From positions 1-34,998 of the forward strand of contig CAZUFC010000093.1 of assembly GCA_964619725.1 (NCBI GenBank): 34,998 bases of DNA, read 5' to 3'. Within the stretch, counting starts at the first letter, position 1, and each line of letters begins with the position of its first letter. Positions 1-9,956 of this stretch are shown piece by piece. A model generated the notes under the pieces. That model saw only the letters and a list, made by a program, of their open reading frames with translations, did not search any database and had not been told where the DNA came from. Source of the stretch: an uncultured bacterium. Lineage in GTDB: Bacteria > CSSED10-310 > CAZUFC01. The translations under genes and the position numbers were made by a program.

Positions 1-317
1 AAGTCCAAGTCCAACACAGGGTCCTCAAATACGTCCGGATCGAAATCCACACAGGTATCAAGCGCGGTTACGATCGTCGCAGCCGATGCCTCGTACCGTA
101 TCGTCACCGTCAGCGTCTGTCCACGATAAGCATCACCCGATGGAGGACTCACGGATACGTCTGCTAGAGCCGTCCACGGCACCAGGAGAATACCGATAAG
201 CATGACGGGCAAAAGCATTTTTCTGTTTCTACTTGTCTGATCCCTCTTCCCAGCTCGGTTAAATACTCTTTTGTCTCGATCCCGGCTGGGTGGGAGCATG
301 AACTGTAAGCGTTTCAT
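1..317 (-). CDS. Partial CDS (runs off the window edge): secreted protein with a cohesin-like domain
   Basis: Not in the ORF track. Manual translation from ATG at 317 (SD GGAGGGAG just upstream, 20 nt after the stop of the giant gene): MKRLQFMLPPSRDRDKRVFNRAGKRDQTSRNRKMLLPVMLIGILLVPWTALA-DVSVSPPSGDAYRGQTLTVTIRYEASAATIVTALDTCVDFDPDVFEDP..., open to the edge. Basic region, hydrophobic stretch and ALA cleavage motif. The segments GQTLTVTI and ALDTCVDFDPDVF resemble cohesin strands. Alternative start at 218. Confidence 0.75.
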   Translation of the reverse strand, partial: MKRLQFMLPPSRDRDKRVFNRAGKRDQTSRNRKMLLPVMLIGILLVPWTALADVSVSPPSGDAYRGQTLTVTIRYEASAATIVTALDTCVDFDPDVFEDPVLDLD

Positions 318-337
318 TATCGCTCCCTCCCGTCTGT

Positions 338-3300
338 TTATTGAGCATTCTCTGTGATTGTCGAATTAAGCGATCTCCCGTAATGTTTGGATGATAATTC
401 TTCATTATCGGCATATCCTGAAACCTTCTCATCGAATACGCAATGCGATCCCGAAATTCCAGGCATCAAACCGATGGGAAGTTTGTCCGCTCTCATGGAA
501 TTCATCAGAGCCTTGTTGAATGGGAATCGAATACGCAGCAATTTATTTTCGCCTTTCAACATTCCGACTCCTGATTGCTGCGGCATGGCCGCCCGGCTGT
601 AATGGTAAAATCGCAGATGGTTCGACATTATGCCTTCTTCCATGATCCCTCTTGAGAAATCAGTCGTTCCGGTCCGCAAATAGTCTTTCATTTCAGCGGG
701 ATCAGTCAGAAATACCGGATCATAAACGATCAGGGCATCGACTGCCGCCAGGGTCGAAACGGTCTCTGAATGAAGAACAATCTCTGCGATGATATAAGAA
801 CCGTCAGCCGTTTCTTCGTACCCGGAAATTCTTAGTTCCAGATCATCCGCCCAGAAATTGCCCAGGCATTCCCGGCCGATGTCCTTATCTGCCGCAGGCA
901 CGTAGGAAACTCTGCCGTTCTGACTCAACCAGATCGAATGATCGGAAGAATTGATCGCCAGGTCTCCATTATAGTCGGCTCTTTCATCCCAATCGTCGTC
1001 TCCGGGAATCGTGCCGTTGGCCGCCAGCCAGATGATGAAGTCGCCGAATGCGTTCACGAATTCATCAGCATTGGCGTTCCCGCCCCGCAGGGACAGCATA
1101 TCGTCGGTTTCGGTTCCCATCGGCTCGAATCCGTAGCATTCCATATAATCGGCATCGTTCTCGTCAGACAGATTCACTATGGCAGGAGTTTCATAATCGA
1201 CTTCGATTTTGTCCGTCGTGATGACGTTCAGATGGTTGAGATGTGTGACGACCAGGAAATACTCGCCGCCCGGACATCCCGTCAACTCAACATCCCCCGT
1301 CTGGCCTGCAGTATCCAGCGGAACATCAGCGTAAGATGCTGCGACCACAGTGGCTGTTTCCGGCGTGCTGCCCGAACGGAGCTCAATGTCGACGGTCGAA
1401 GCCGTCTGGCTGCCGCCTGTATAGAATCCGTCCAGGTAAGCCGTAAGATTCAGTAAAGGAGCTCCGGCATATTCGTCGGCGCCCATGTCGAATTCGGTAT
1501 CCTGAGGTCTTGCGTCGTTGTCGAAATCATGGTCGACCAGTTCGGGTTCGAGCAGGTAATAAGCCTGTTCGATGCAGGGCGAAGTTTCCAGCAGATGATA
1601 ATCGCCGTCGCCGACGAATTCCGGATCAGCCGAAATGTTGCCTTCGCCGGAATCGCCGTCCTGAATGTCGGAATAGGTCGCGCTTACGCCGTTCAAATCG
1701 TCTCCGTTGTTCCAGAGTATGCAGTTGATGATCGACAGGGAACCCGAATTGTTGTAAATGCCGTGTGAATTGTTGTCGGCAAATGTGTCGTTTATGATCT
1801 GGATATTCGATCCGGAACCGTTCAGATATATGCCGTGACCGGTGTTGTTTGTGACGAAACTGTTGATGATGGTTATGGGATCATTCGCATGGATGTATAT
1901 TCCGTTACCCAGACTGACATCTACTGACGGAGTTGCATCCAACGTATTGGAATTAACGGTGATTCCATTGCATATTGCCGAAGATACCCCGTTGTTCATG
2001 TAAATTCCGCCGCCGTAAACGTAAGAATAATCCCTGCTTCCGTCTCCGTTGCCGTACGCATAGGATTTGTTGCTTTCGATGAGAGTATTTTCGTTTATTT
2101 CGGTCTGCGAATTTTGCATCAGGTATACTCCGCCTCCATAGCTATAGGCGTATCCGTTGCTGCGATAGTTGGTATTTCTTCCATAACTGTATGCCGTATT
2201 TTGCCGGATGGTGCAGTCGCTGATGGTCGTATCGGCGTTGGAATTGCAATAGATGCCGCCGCCGTAAGAATAGGCGTATGAGGTTTTTTCGTTGTAGGAG
2301 TTGTAGGCGTAGGCGTAAGACTTGTTGTTTTTCAGATAATTGGCTTCAAAATCGAGTGTGCTGTTCGATTCGGCGTATAAGGCGCCGCCGTAGGCATAAG
2401 CGTAGAGATGACCGTTGTAGCTGATGTTTACATAGGCTTTCGCCTGATTGCTCTGAATTACGTTCTGGTAGACGTGGGAATCACCCTGCAGGAAGAGCGC
2501 GCCGCCTCTGGCGTAACCGTCTCTGGCGTTGGTGTAGGCAGAATTGCTCGTGAAAGTGTTGTAAGATATTTCCGGCGCAGCGGAAGAATCACAGTAAATC
2601 GCTCCGCCCTTGGTCGTCGAACCGTCGATCGTGCTGTAGGCCTTATTGCCGGAGAAGTTATTGTTCGTGATGATCACGGTATCGTCGACGTCCGAGCAGG
2701 CGACAGCGCCGCCGGCGAATGAAGAGGTGTTGTTCTGGAAGTTGTTGTTTTCGATTACGACCAGCGAGGAAGACTGCACCTGTACGGCAGCTCCGTAACC
2801 GTTCGTCGATCCCACTATCTGGTTGTTCATGAAAGTGCAGTCATGGACCCAGACGTCGTAGCAGGCGCCGAAGTATGCGCCGCCGCCTCGAACCAGGTTG
2901 CCCAGTTCCCCGGCTTCATTGGAGTCGAAAACGCAGTCTTTGATGTGTATGTGGGAGCAGGCATAGCAGGATAGTCCGCCGCCGTAATTCTGTTTTCCGT
3001 TCATTATGGTGAAGCCGTCTATCGTGATGTTTTCGGCTCCTCCGATCATAACGACCGTATTCTTGTCGCCGCCGTCGATTATAGTCAGATTGGCCAGCGG
3101 ATCGCGAACGCCGCCGCCCTTGGGATAGCCGCCCAGCAGAGTCGTGTCACTGTATATTTCCATCGTCTCGTAATAGACTTCTCGGGCCACATGGATGTCA
3201 GCGCCAGGAACAGCAATACTCAGGGCTCCGTTAATGCTCGCTTTGGCTGTTCCCCAGCTCAGTCCGTCATTGGAATCGTCGCCGTAAGTCTTGTCGACGT

Positions 3301-6300
3301 AGAATTCTGCTGCAGGCGTGGCTGTGGGCGAACCCGTCGGCGTCGGCGTATAAGGCGTTATGCTGGGCGCCGGCGTGGGATTCACGTTCTGAGTCTCATC
3401 CGCCCCGATATCGACTATCAGGTCGTTGTAGGGTCTGGCATCGCCGTCGAAATCCGTCGTGGGAGCGAAAGTGTTCTGCCCCCGGTCTATACAGCAGGAA
3501 TTGGGCAGAAGATGGTAATCGCCCTCTCCTGCGAAAAGGGGATTGCAGGGCGGGTAAAGGTTGCCTTCTCCGGAATCGCCGCCCTGTATGTTGCAGTATT
3601 CCGCGTTGACCGCTTCCAGGTCGTCCGTGTTGCCCCAGAATATGCAGTTGCGGATCGTCGGAGCGCTTCCGCCCGTTCCCTGAACGCCGTAACCCGCATT
3701 GTCCGCAATTGTGTCGTTAATGATCATGGGCGATGAAGAATTAAGGTAAATTCCGGTACCCTGGTTGCCCACGATGAATGAATTGTAAATCTCGACAGGC
3801 GATTCACTGATATATATTCCGTAACCGTAAAGCACATCCGTGGTCGGGGAATTCACCAGGGTGTTGTTTCTTACGGTAATGCCGTTCATGTCGATATCGG
3901 AACCAGTACCGTAAATCGCCATTCCGCCGCCGTAAGCATAAGAATAATCGCGGTTGCCTTCCCCGTTTCCGTATGAATAGGACCTGTTGTTCTCGATGAC
4001 CGTCCCGCCGATAAGGTCGAGTTCCGAACCGTTGGCGCAATAAAAGCCGCCCCCGTAGGAATAAGCGTAACCGTTGCTGTGGTAGTTGGTATTTCTTCCG
4101 TAAGAATAGGCTGTATTATTACCGACTGTATCCCCGGAAATCTGAATGTATGAACCGTTTTCGCAATAAAGCCCGCCGCCGTAACTGTAGGCGTAGGATG
4201 TCCTCTCATTGTAACTGTTTCTGCTGTATGAGTAGGCGGAATTTCTGTAAATGGTGTTTTCAGAGAGCGTTATATCGCATCCGTTGACGCAGTAGAATCC
4301 TCCACCGGAAGCATAGGTGTAGGTATGACCGTTGTAGCTTTCATTATAGAAGCAGTAAGCTGAATTCCTCTGAACGGTGTTGTTTTCGAGGTTAAGCGTT
4401 CCTCGACAGTAAAAACCTCCGCCTCTAGGATTCTTTTCTCTTTGTCCCGTAATGCTGGCGGAGTTATAGGATATTACGTTGTCTTTGAAGAATCCATTGC
4501 CGTAAGAATCGACATAAACGGCTCCGCCGCGTGCATTGACGCCGTTGCAGACATTATGATGAATGTTGTTGTCCAGGAAGGTCATCACTGCGTTCGTATT
4601 TCCGATACCGATTCCGCCGCCGCCGAATTCCGAAGTATTGTAACTGATCGTGTTTTCGCTGACGGTGATATCGTTGCCGCCGCCGCAGTAGATTCCGCCT
4701 CCGTTGGCGCCGTCGCCGTCCGCTTTGTTAAGCGTAATGATATTGTCTGTAACGTGTATATCCGCGCCGTGCAGATACAACCCGCCGCCGAGCGCCAGAT
4801 TCTTCGATCCGGGACTGCTTACCGCTTCATTGTTTTGGATGGTGTTGTTAGTGATGAGAATATCGCGGGAGTGACTGACGTAGAATCCTCCGCCGTATTC
4901 GCCGCGACCGTTGCGAATGATGAAGCCGTCGATTTCCACGTTGGAGATGCCTGTAATCGTAACGGCCAATCCGTTATTGCCGGCATCGATTACCGTGGGG
5001 TATGTTTCAGGATTCCTTAATCCGCCTCCCGGAGGATATCCGGCCAGTAACGTTAAATTGCTGATGCAGAATACGTTTTCATAATATTCGTACCCGGCCA
5101 CATGTACGCTGCCGCCTCCGACGGCTCCCGCCTCCGTGACCGCGCCGCCGATCGTCGCTTTAGCCGTCGACCAGCTTAAACCGTCGTTTCCGTCGTCTCC
5201 ATAAACCCCGTCGACATAAAAGTCTATGCCCGGAGTGGGGCTGGGTCCCGGAGTAAACGTTCCTACCGGAGTCGTAAAAGGCGAAGGCGTCGGATTGGCA
5301 GCCGATACTTCATCAGCGCCTATATCGGGCACACCATAGTTGTAAGGTCGATATTCTCCGTCGAAATCGTGGTCCGGCACATCCTCGAATCCGCCCCGGT
5401 CTATGCAGCAGGACGTCGACTGAAGATGATAATCTCCGCCGCCGACAAAGAAAGGATCGCACGGCGGATCAAGATTGCCTTCTCCGGGATCGCCGCCCTG
5501 AACGTCGCTGTAAGTAGCGGTTATTCCCTCCAGATCGTCCGTGTTGCCCCAAAGGATGCAGTTGCGGACGACCGGCGACCCGCCTGTTCTGTAAACGCCG
5601 TATCCCGTGTTGTACGCTATCGTGTCGTTGATGACCCAGGTATCGGTCCCGTTCAGATAAACGCCGTCGCTGAGGTTTTCGACGACCATCGTGTTGATGA
5701 GAGTTACCGGGGATTCCGATATGTATATTCCGCCGCCGGTCGATTCGGTGTCGGGCGAGGAAGTCACCCTGTTCGCCCGGATGATCGCTCTGTCGATAGT
5801 TAGCTGAGCCCCCGTACCGAATACAGCGATGCCGCCGCCCCGTGAATAGGCGTATTCACGACTTCCGCCGTCTCCGTCGCCCTTGGCCTGGGCGGTATTG
5901 TCGTAAATTTCTGTATCGGCTCCGATCATAACCTCTGAATTGTTCGCGCAATATATCGCTCCTCCGTAAGCATATCCGTATCCGTAAGCGTGATAAGCCG
6001 TATCCCTGCCGTCGCCGTAAGCCCTGTTGTCGTCGATAAAATCTCCCGTCGTTTCAAAATATGAACCCCCTTCGCAATAGACGCAACCGCCGTAAGCATA
6101 ACCGTAACCTCGCCGGTCGTTGCTGGTATTACGGCAATAACAGTAAGCCTGGTTGTCATGATATACATTGCCGATCGACATTACCGAGCATCCGCTCGCA
6201 CAATAGAGGGCGCCTCCGTAGGAATAATTATACGCATTGCCGCCGTAACCCGCATTCCAGTAATTATAGGTCTGGTTGTTGGAAATCGTATTGCCCGACA

Positions 6301-9007
6301 GAGTCAAATCGCCGCGACAGTATATCGCTCCGCCCCGCATTGTTTTATCTCTCTGTCCGGAAAGCTCGGCCGCATTATTGGAGATCGTATTGCCGCTGAA
6401 AAGCGCGTTGCCGATGGACCCGACATAAACCGCTCCCCCTCGAGCATCAGGACCTATACATTTATTGTAGCGGATAATGTTGTCCGATACGGTCGCCAAT
6501 CCTTCAGGATTACCCACGCCGAATGCTCCGCCGGCATAATATGAAGAATTGTTGTTGATCGTATTGGCGTCAACGTAAACAGCGCCTCCGCCGCCGCAAT
6601 AGACGGCCCCGCCGTAAGACTGGTCGCCGCCCGTATAATTGTATTTTATTATGTTTTCAGTCGCGATGACGTTGTGGCCATGAAGGTAAAGAGCTCCGCC
6701 CAATGCCAGGTTTTTGGAACCCGGACTGCCGGGACAGGAGTTATTGATGATTTCGTTTCCCGATATCTCCACATTCAATGAACTGCTGACATGAATGCCG
6801 CCGCCGTAATCGCCCCAGCCATGCGTTATTATGAAACCGTTCACCAGCACATTGGAAACGCCGCCGATCGTTATGACCGTATCGATATTCCCCCCGTCAA
6901 TCACTGTTATATACGTGTCGGGATCGCGTATCGTCCCGCCGTGATTGTAACCGCCGAATAAACGCACATTGTCGCCGATAATCAGGTTCTCATAGTAATC
7001 GCCAACAGCTACATGCACGTTTCCGCCGCCCGAAGACGCGGCCTGAGCCAAAGCCGATGCGATACTCTGCTTCGCCGTTCCCCACGTTAATCCGTCATTG
7101 CCGTCGTCTCCCAACTGCACGTCGACGTAATAATCATTGCCCGGCGTCGCCAAGGGCGTCGGCGTTCCCACCGGAGTATGAAACGGCGTCGGCGAAGGAT
7201 TAGCCGCCGTCGTCTCATCAGCGCCGATGTCAGGAAGATCATTATTATACGGCCGGAAATCACCGTCGAAATCATGGTCGCGGATGTCTTCGATGCTGCC
7301 TCTGTCTATGCAGCAGGAAGTCGATAAAAGATGATAATCTCCGCCTCCCACGAATAACGGCATACACGGAGGGTCCAGGTTCCCTTCGCCTGCATCGCCG
7401 CCCTGGATGTCGCTGTAGGTTGCGGATATGCCGTTCAGATCATCCGTGTTGCCCCACAAAATGCAGTTGCGCACGATCGAGCCGTCGCTGCTGTTCGCAT
7501 ATATCCCGTTGCCCGCATTGTATGCTATCGTATTGTTTATGACGAAAGTGGAGGTGCCGTTCAAATATATTCCGTCCCCCGTATTCTCCACTATGATGCT
7601 GTTGTAAATGTTCGTCGGCGTCGAATTGACGTAGATGCCCCCGACATGCTGATTGTTCGGCGATACGCTGCTTACGTTGCCCCGGATTTCCACCTGATCC
7701 ACATCATATACGCCGCCTGATCCCGTCAGATACAACGCGCCGTACGTCCAGGCGCCTTCACGGCTGGAACCGTCTCCATCGCCGTGAGCTTTCGTTAAAC
7801 TCCCTGAAATGACTACGCCCTCGCCCAGCGTCACATTTGAATTGTTCGCAGTCGCTATTGCACCGCCGTACGCATATCCATAACCGTACGCATGGTAAGC
7901 CGTGTCGCGGCCGTCGGCCTGAGATCGATTACTCTGAAGGGTCTCATGCGTCAGGGATACCGTCGAGCCTCCCTCGCAATATATCGCCCCGCCGTAACTG
8001 TAAGCATATCCCCGGCGGTTGCTGCTCGTGTTCCGGTTGTAAACGTACGCCGTGTTCGATGTATACGTGTTGCCGGAAAGAGTCGCCGATGATCCGTTCG
8101 TAAAATACACGCCTCCGCCGTAAGCATATTTGTACTTGTTGCCGCTGTAACCGCCGCTGTGATAGCCATAAGCCTTGTTTCCCGTCAGCGTGTTGTCCGT
8201 CATCGTTATTTCACCCGAACAATATATGCCGCCACCTTTCGTGTTCGTGTTATGCGCTCCGGTCGAATCCGCCTTGTTCCCCGATATCGTATTGCCCGTC
8301 ATCTCAACTACGCTGTCTCCGTCAATCTTGATTCCGCCGGCCAACGCGCTCGAATTACTTGCCGTATTATTCTGAATCGCTGAATTGCTGATCGTTACCA
8401 TCGAATTCATTATCGCCAGACCCGCTCCGCCTGCAGAACCTGAACATGTATGATCCCGCAACATCACACCATCAAATGTGACCGTCGAATCCTGAACGGC
8501 TGCTCCGCCGCCAGAACCGGACGACGTACATTCCTTTATTATACAATCGGATATCAAACAGTCCGTCGCTCCATTACAATACATCCCACCGCCGGTCGTT
8601 CCTGCTCCATACCGAATCACGAATCCGTCAAATTCAACGCTCGCCGCCGTTATCGTCAATACCGTACCTGAATCATCTCCATCCAGAACCGTTTCGAACA
8701 TTTCCGGGTCTCGCACACCCCCGCCGTTCGGATATCCTCCCAACATCACCGTTCCGTCAAAATCCAATACTGGCTTTTCGTGATAATAACCATGCGCCAC
8801 ATGGATCGTCGTAGCCTTCGTTACCAGGTCCAAAGCCCCCTGGAGCGTCGCCTTCGCCGTCACCCAGCCTAATCCGTCATTACCGTCGTCTCCGTTCAAC
8901 TGGTCTACATAATAATCCGTTTGCGCTCCCGCTGAATTCGTCATCAGCAAAAGCATTGACATTACCGCAATAAATAAATTGGCGGCCTTCAGAGAATGTT
9001 TTTTCAT
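338..9007 (-). CDS. Giant secreted or surface protein (2889 aa): four tandem pectin-lyase-like parallel beta-helix modules joined by Pro/Thr linkers, then an Ig-like region, a dockerin-like repeat and a cohesin-like domain
   Basis: Signal peptide ending AGA-Q and SD AAGGAGGAGG. Four copies of (Y/F)YVD..GDD.NDGL.W.TAK.(S/T)(I/L), many GG(A/G)(I/V)Y and I..N beta-helix rungs, and four choice-of-anchor-Q-like ends (NCI.W.N.DDL...GDYHL...S.CI......D.GADE). TPTP-type linkers. Dockerin-like pair GNANADEFVNAFGD / ADYNGDLAINSSD. Confidence 0.9.
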   Translation of the reverse strand: MKKHSLKAANLFIAVMSMLLLMTNSAGAQTDYYVDQLNGDDGNDGLGWVTAKATLQGALDLVTKATTIHVAHGYYHEKPVLDFDGTVMLGGYPNGGGVRDPEMFETVLDGDDSGTVLTITAASVEFDGFVIRYGAGTTGGGMYCNGATDCLISDCIIKECTSSGSGGGAAVQDSTVTFDGVMLRDHTCSGSAGGAGLAIMNSMVTISNSAIQNNTASNSSALAGGIKIDGDSVVEMTGNTISGNKADSTGAHNTNTKGGGIYCSGEITMTDNTLTGNKAYGYHSGGYSGNKYKYAYGGGVYFTNGSSATLSGNTYTSNTAYVYNRNTSSNRRGYAYSYGGAIYCEGGSTVSLTHETLQSNRSQADGRDTAYHAYGYGYAYGGAIATANNSNVTLGEGVVISGSLTKAHGDGDGSSREGAWTYGALYLTGSGGVYDVDQVEIRGNVSSVSPNNQHVGGIYVNSTPTNIYNSIIVENTGDGIYLNGTSTFVINNTIAYNAGNGIYANSSDGSIVRNCILWGNTDDLNGISATYSDIQGGDAGEGNLDPPCMPLFVGGGDYHLLSTSCCIDRGSIEDIRDHDFDGDFRPYNNDLPDIGADETTAANPSPTPFHTPVGTPTPLATPGNDYYVDVQLGDDGNDGLTWGTAKQSIASALAQAASSGGGNVHVAVGDYYENLIIGDNVRLFGGYNHGGTIRDPDTYITVIDGGNIDTVITIGGVSNVLVNGFIITHGWGDYGGGIHVSSSLNVEISGNEIINNSCPGSPGSKNLALGGALYLHGHNVIATENIIKYNYTGGDQSYGGAVYCGGGGAVYVDANTINNNSSYYAGGAFGVGNPEGLATVSDNIIRYNKCIGPDARGGAVYVGSIGNALFSGNTISNNAAELSGQRDKTMRGGAIYCRGDLTLSGNTISNNQTYNYWNAGYGGNAYNYSYGGALYCASGCSVMSIGNVYHDNQAYCYCRNTSNDRRGYGYAYGGCVYCEGGSYFETTGDFIDDNRAYGDGRDTAYHAYGYGYAYGGAIYCANNSEVMIGADTEIYDNTAQAKGDGDGGSREYAYSRGGGIAVFGTGAQLTIDRAIIRANRVTSSPDTESTGGGIYISESPVTLINTMVVENLSDGVYLNGTDTWVINDTIAYNTGYGVYRTGGSPVVRNCILWGNTDDLEGITATYSDVQGGDPGEGNLDPPCDPFFVGGGDYHLQSTSCCIDRGGFEDVPDHDFDGEYRPYNYGVPDIGADEVSAANPTPSPFTTPVGTFTPGPSPTPGIDFYVDGVYGDDGNDGLSWSTAKATIGGAVTEAGAVGGGSVHVAGYEYYENVFCISNLTLLAGYPPGGGLRNPETYPTVIDAGNNGLAVTITGISNVEIDGFIIRNGRGEYGGGFYVSHSRDILITNNTIQNNEAVSSPGSKNLALGGGLYLHGADIHVTDNIITLNKADGDGANGGGIYCGGGNDITVSENTISYNTSEFGGGGIGIGNTNAVMTFLDNNIHHNVCNGVNARGGAVYVDSYGNGFFKDNVISYNSASITGQREKNPRGGGFYCRGTLNLENNTVQRNSAYCFYNESYNGHTYTYASGGGFYCVNGCDITLSENTIYRNSAYSYSRNSYNERTSYAYSYGGGLYCENGSYIQISGDTVGNNTAYSYGRNTNYHSNGYAYSYGGGFYCANGSELDLIGGTVIENNRSYSYGNGEGNRDYSYAYGGGMAIYGTGSDIDMNGITVRNNTLVNSPTTDVLYGYGIYISESPVEIYNSFIVGNQGTGIYLNSSSPMIINDTIADNAGYGVQGTGGSAPTIRNCIFWGNTDDLEAVNAEYCNIQGGDSGEGNLYPPCNPLFAGEGDYHLLPNSCCIDRGQNTFAPTTDFDGDARPYNDLIVDIGADETQNVNPTPAPSITPYTPTPTGSPTATPAAEFYVDKTYGDDSNDGLSWGTAKASINGALSIAVPGADIHVAREVYYETMEIYSDTTLLGGYPKGGGVRDPLANLTIIDGGDKNTVVMIGGAENITIDGFTIMNGKQNYGGGLSCYACSHIHIKDCVFDSNEAGELGNLVRGGGAYFGACYDVWVHDCTFMNNQIVGSTNGYGAAVQVQSSSLVVIENNNFQNNTSSFAGGAVACSDVDDTVIITNNNFSGNKAYSTIDGSTTKGGAIYCDSSAAPEISYNTFTSNSAYTNARDGYARGGALFLQGDSHVYQNVIQSNQAKAYVNISYNGHLYAYAYGGALYAESNSTLDFEANYLKNNKSYAYAYNSYNEKTSYAYSYGGGIYCNSNADTTISDCTIRQNTAYSYGRNTNYRSNGYAYSYGGGVYLMQNSQTEINENTLIESNKSYAYGNGDGSRDYSYVYGGGIYMNNGVSSAICNGITVNSNTLDATPSVDVSLGNGIYIHANDPITIINSFVTNNTGHGIYLNGSGSNIQIINDTFADNNSHGIYNNSGSLSIINCILWNNGDDLNGVSATYSDIQDGDSGEGNISADPEFVGDGDYHLLETSPCIEQAYYLLEPELVDHDFDNDARPQDTEFDMGADEYAGAPLLNLTAYLDGFYTGGSQTASTVDIELRSGSTPETATVVAASYADVPLDTAGQTGDVELTGCPGGEYFLVVTHLNHLNVITTDKIEVDYETPAIVNLSDENDADYMECYGFEPMGTETDDMLSLRGGNANADEFVNAFGDFIIWLAANGTIPGDDDWDERADYNGDLAINSSDHSIWLSQNGRVSYVPAADKDIGRECLGNFWADDLELRISGYEETADGSYIIAEIVLHSETVSTLAAVDALIVYDPVFLTDPAEMKDYLRTGTTDFSRGIMEEGIMSNHLRFYHYSRAAMPQQSGVGMLKGENKLLRIRFPFNKALMNSMRADKLPIGLMPGISGSHCVFDEKVSGYADNEELSSKHYGRSLNSTITENAQ
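1470..8917 (-). repeat. Four intragenic ~1.7-1.9 kb module repeats (approx. 8917-7215, 7137-5310, 5225-3395, 3305-1470)
   Basis: Each module runs from the YVD motif to D(I/M)GADE. The module ends are strongly similar in both protein and DNA. Boundaries are approximate. Confidence 0.85.
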
Positions 9008-9538
9008 CTCCTCCTCCTTACGGTTTCGATAACGTTAATTTTTCTTCTGATAGACATATCTCTGCTATTTTGTATCTTACCAATTCTATTAATTTTTAAA
9101 AACAGACGCTCACGTAGAAAACTTGCAACTTAAATCCGCAACCTCATCCGTTCATTCACAACTGCTGTTCCGGATGAATACGCCTCGCTGCTTATTTTCC
9201 TCTCGTCTGCCATTGCAATTAGATTCCCGTCATTTCAAAATAAGAAAGAATAACGGAAAGTCAAGCAAAACGAAATTATTTTTGGGCTTTTTTTGCGCTG
9301 TTCAGTCTAAAATGAAGGCTGGGCTTTGATTTAAGCAGCAAAAAGAAAAATGCAATTTTTGCATTAAATTTCGAATATGTTCCATATTGAGCCGGTTAGT
9401 GCGCAGACCTTTACACATATCTTTCAGGCAATGGGTATAAGGTTCAAAGTGACTCTGCCGGCAGGCGGCGCACCTTTGATGGTTAATAGCGGATAAAGGT
9501 TTCATAAGCGTGAATATTCCCCAAAAAACCAGAAGGGA

Positions 9539-9916
9539 TCAACGGAGGGAGGCATTAATTTTTTCCTTCAATTCCGACATATTGAAAGGTTTTTGAATAA
9601 ACTGATCGCATCCTTTTTGCATGATTTGGGAAGCTTCTCCCTGGATGGAATAACCGCTGGAGAGCAGGACTTTAACGGACGGAGCGATCTGTTTGATGCG
9701 ATCGAAGAGTTCGCTGCCGGTAATGTCAGGGAGTTTTATATCCACGATGACGAGAGAGACGGCGGCCTTGTTTTCAGTGAGGAGTCGAACTGCTTCGACG
9801 CCGTTTTCAGCGGAGAGAGTGTTGTATCCCAGGCGATCGAGCATTTTAGAGCCGACGTCCTGAATAAGGACTTCATCATCTATCAGCAGAATCGTCTTTT
9901 TTGTTTTTTCATTCAC
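9539..9916 (-). CDS. Stand-alone response regulator receiver protein (CheY-like, 125 aa)
   Basis: Motifs ILLIDDE, VIVDIKLPDITG (phospho-acceptor Asp), LLSSGY and FIQKPF. The likely start is GTG at 9916 with SD AGGGGG; the track's upstream extension overlaps the preceding gene. Confidence 0.88.
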   Translation of the reverse strand: MNEKTKKTILLIDDEVLIQDVGSKMLDRLGYNTLSAENGVEAVRLLTENKAAVSLVIVDIKLPDITGSELFDRIKQIAPSVKVLLSSGYSIQGEASQIMQKGCDQFIQKPFNMSELKEKINASLR

Positions 9917-9956
9917 TTTATAATCCCCCTGTTCAGAAGGTAATGAGTGAAAGCAT

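Noticed and set aside
387-8671. Many short alternative-frame and antisense ORFs inside the giant gene (similar ones occur in secA, dnaK and the ABC gene)
   Set aside because: Shadow ORFs of long coding frames; no recognisable motifs.
1470-8917. Module repeats as possible DGR template/variable repeats
   Set aside because: All copies are in-frame coding, differences do not appear adenine-specific, and there is no reverse transcriptase in the window.
9302-9505. 67-aa Cys-containing ORF on the minus strand
   Set aside because: No clear SD and no family motif; runs through AT-rich spacer DNA.
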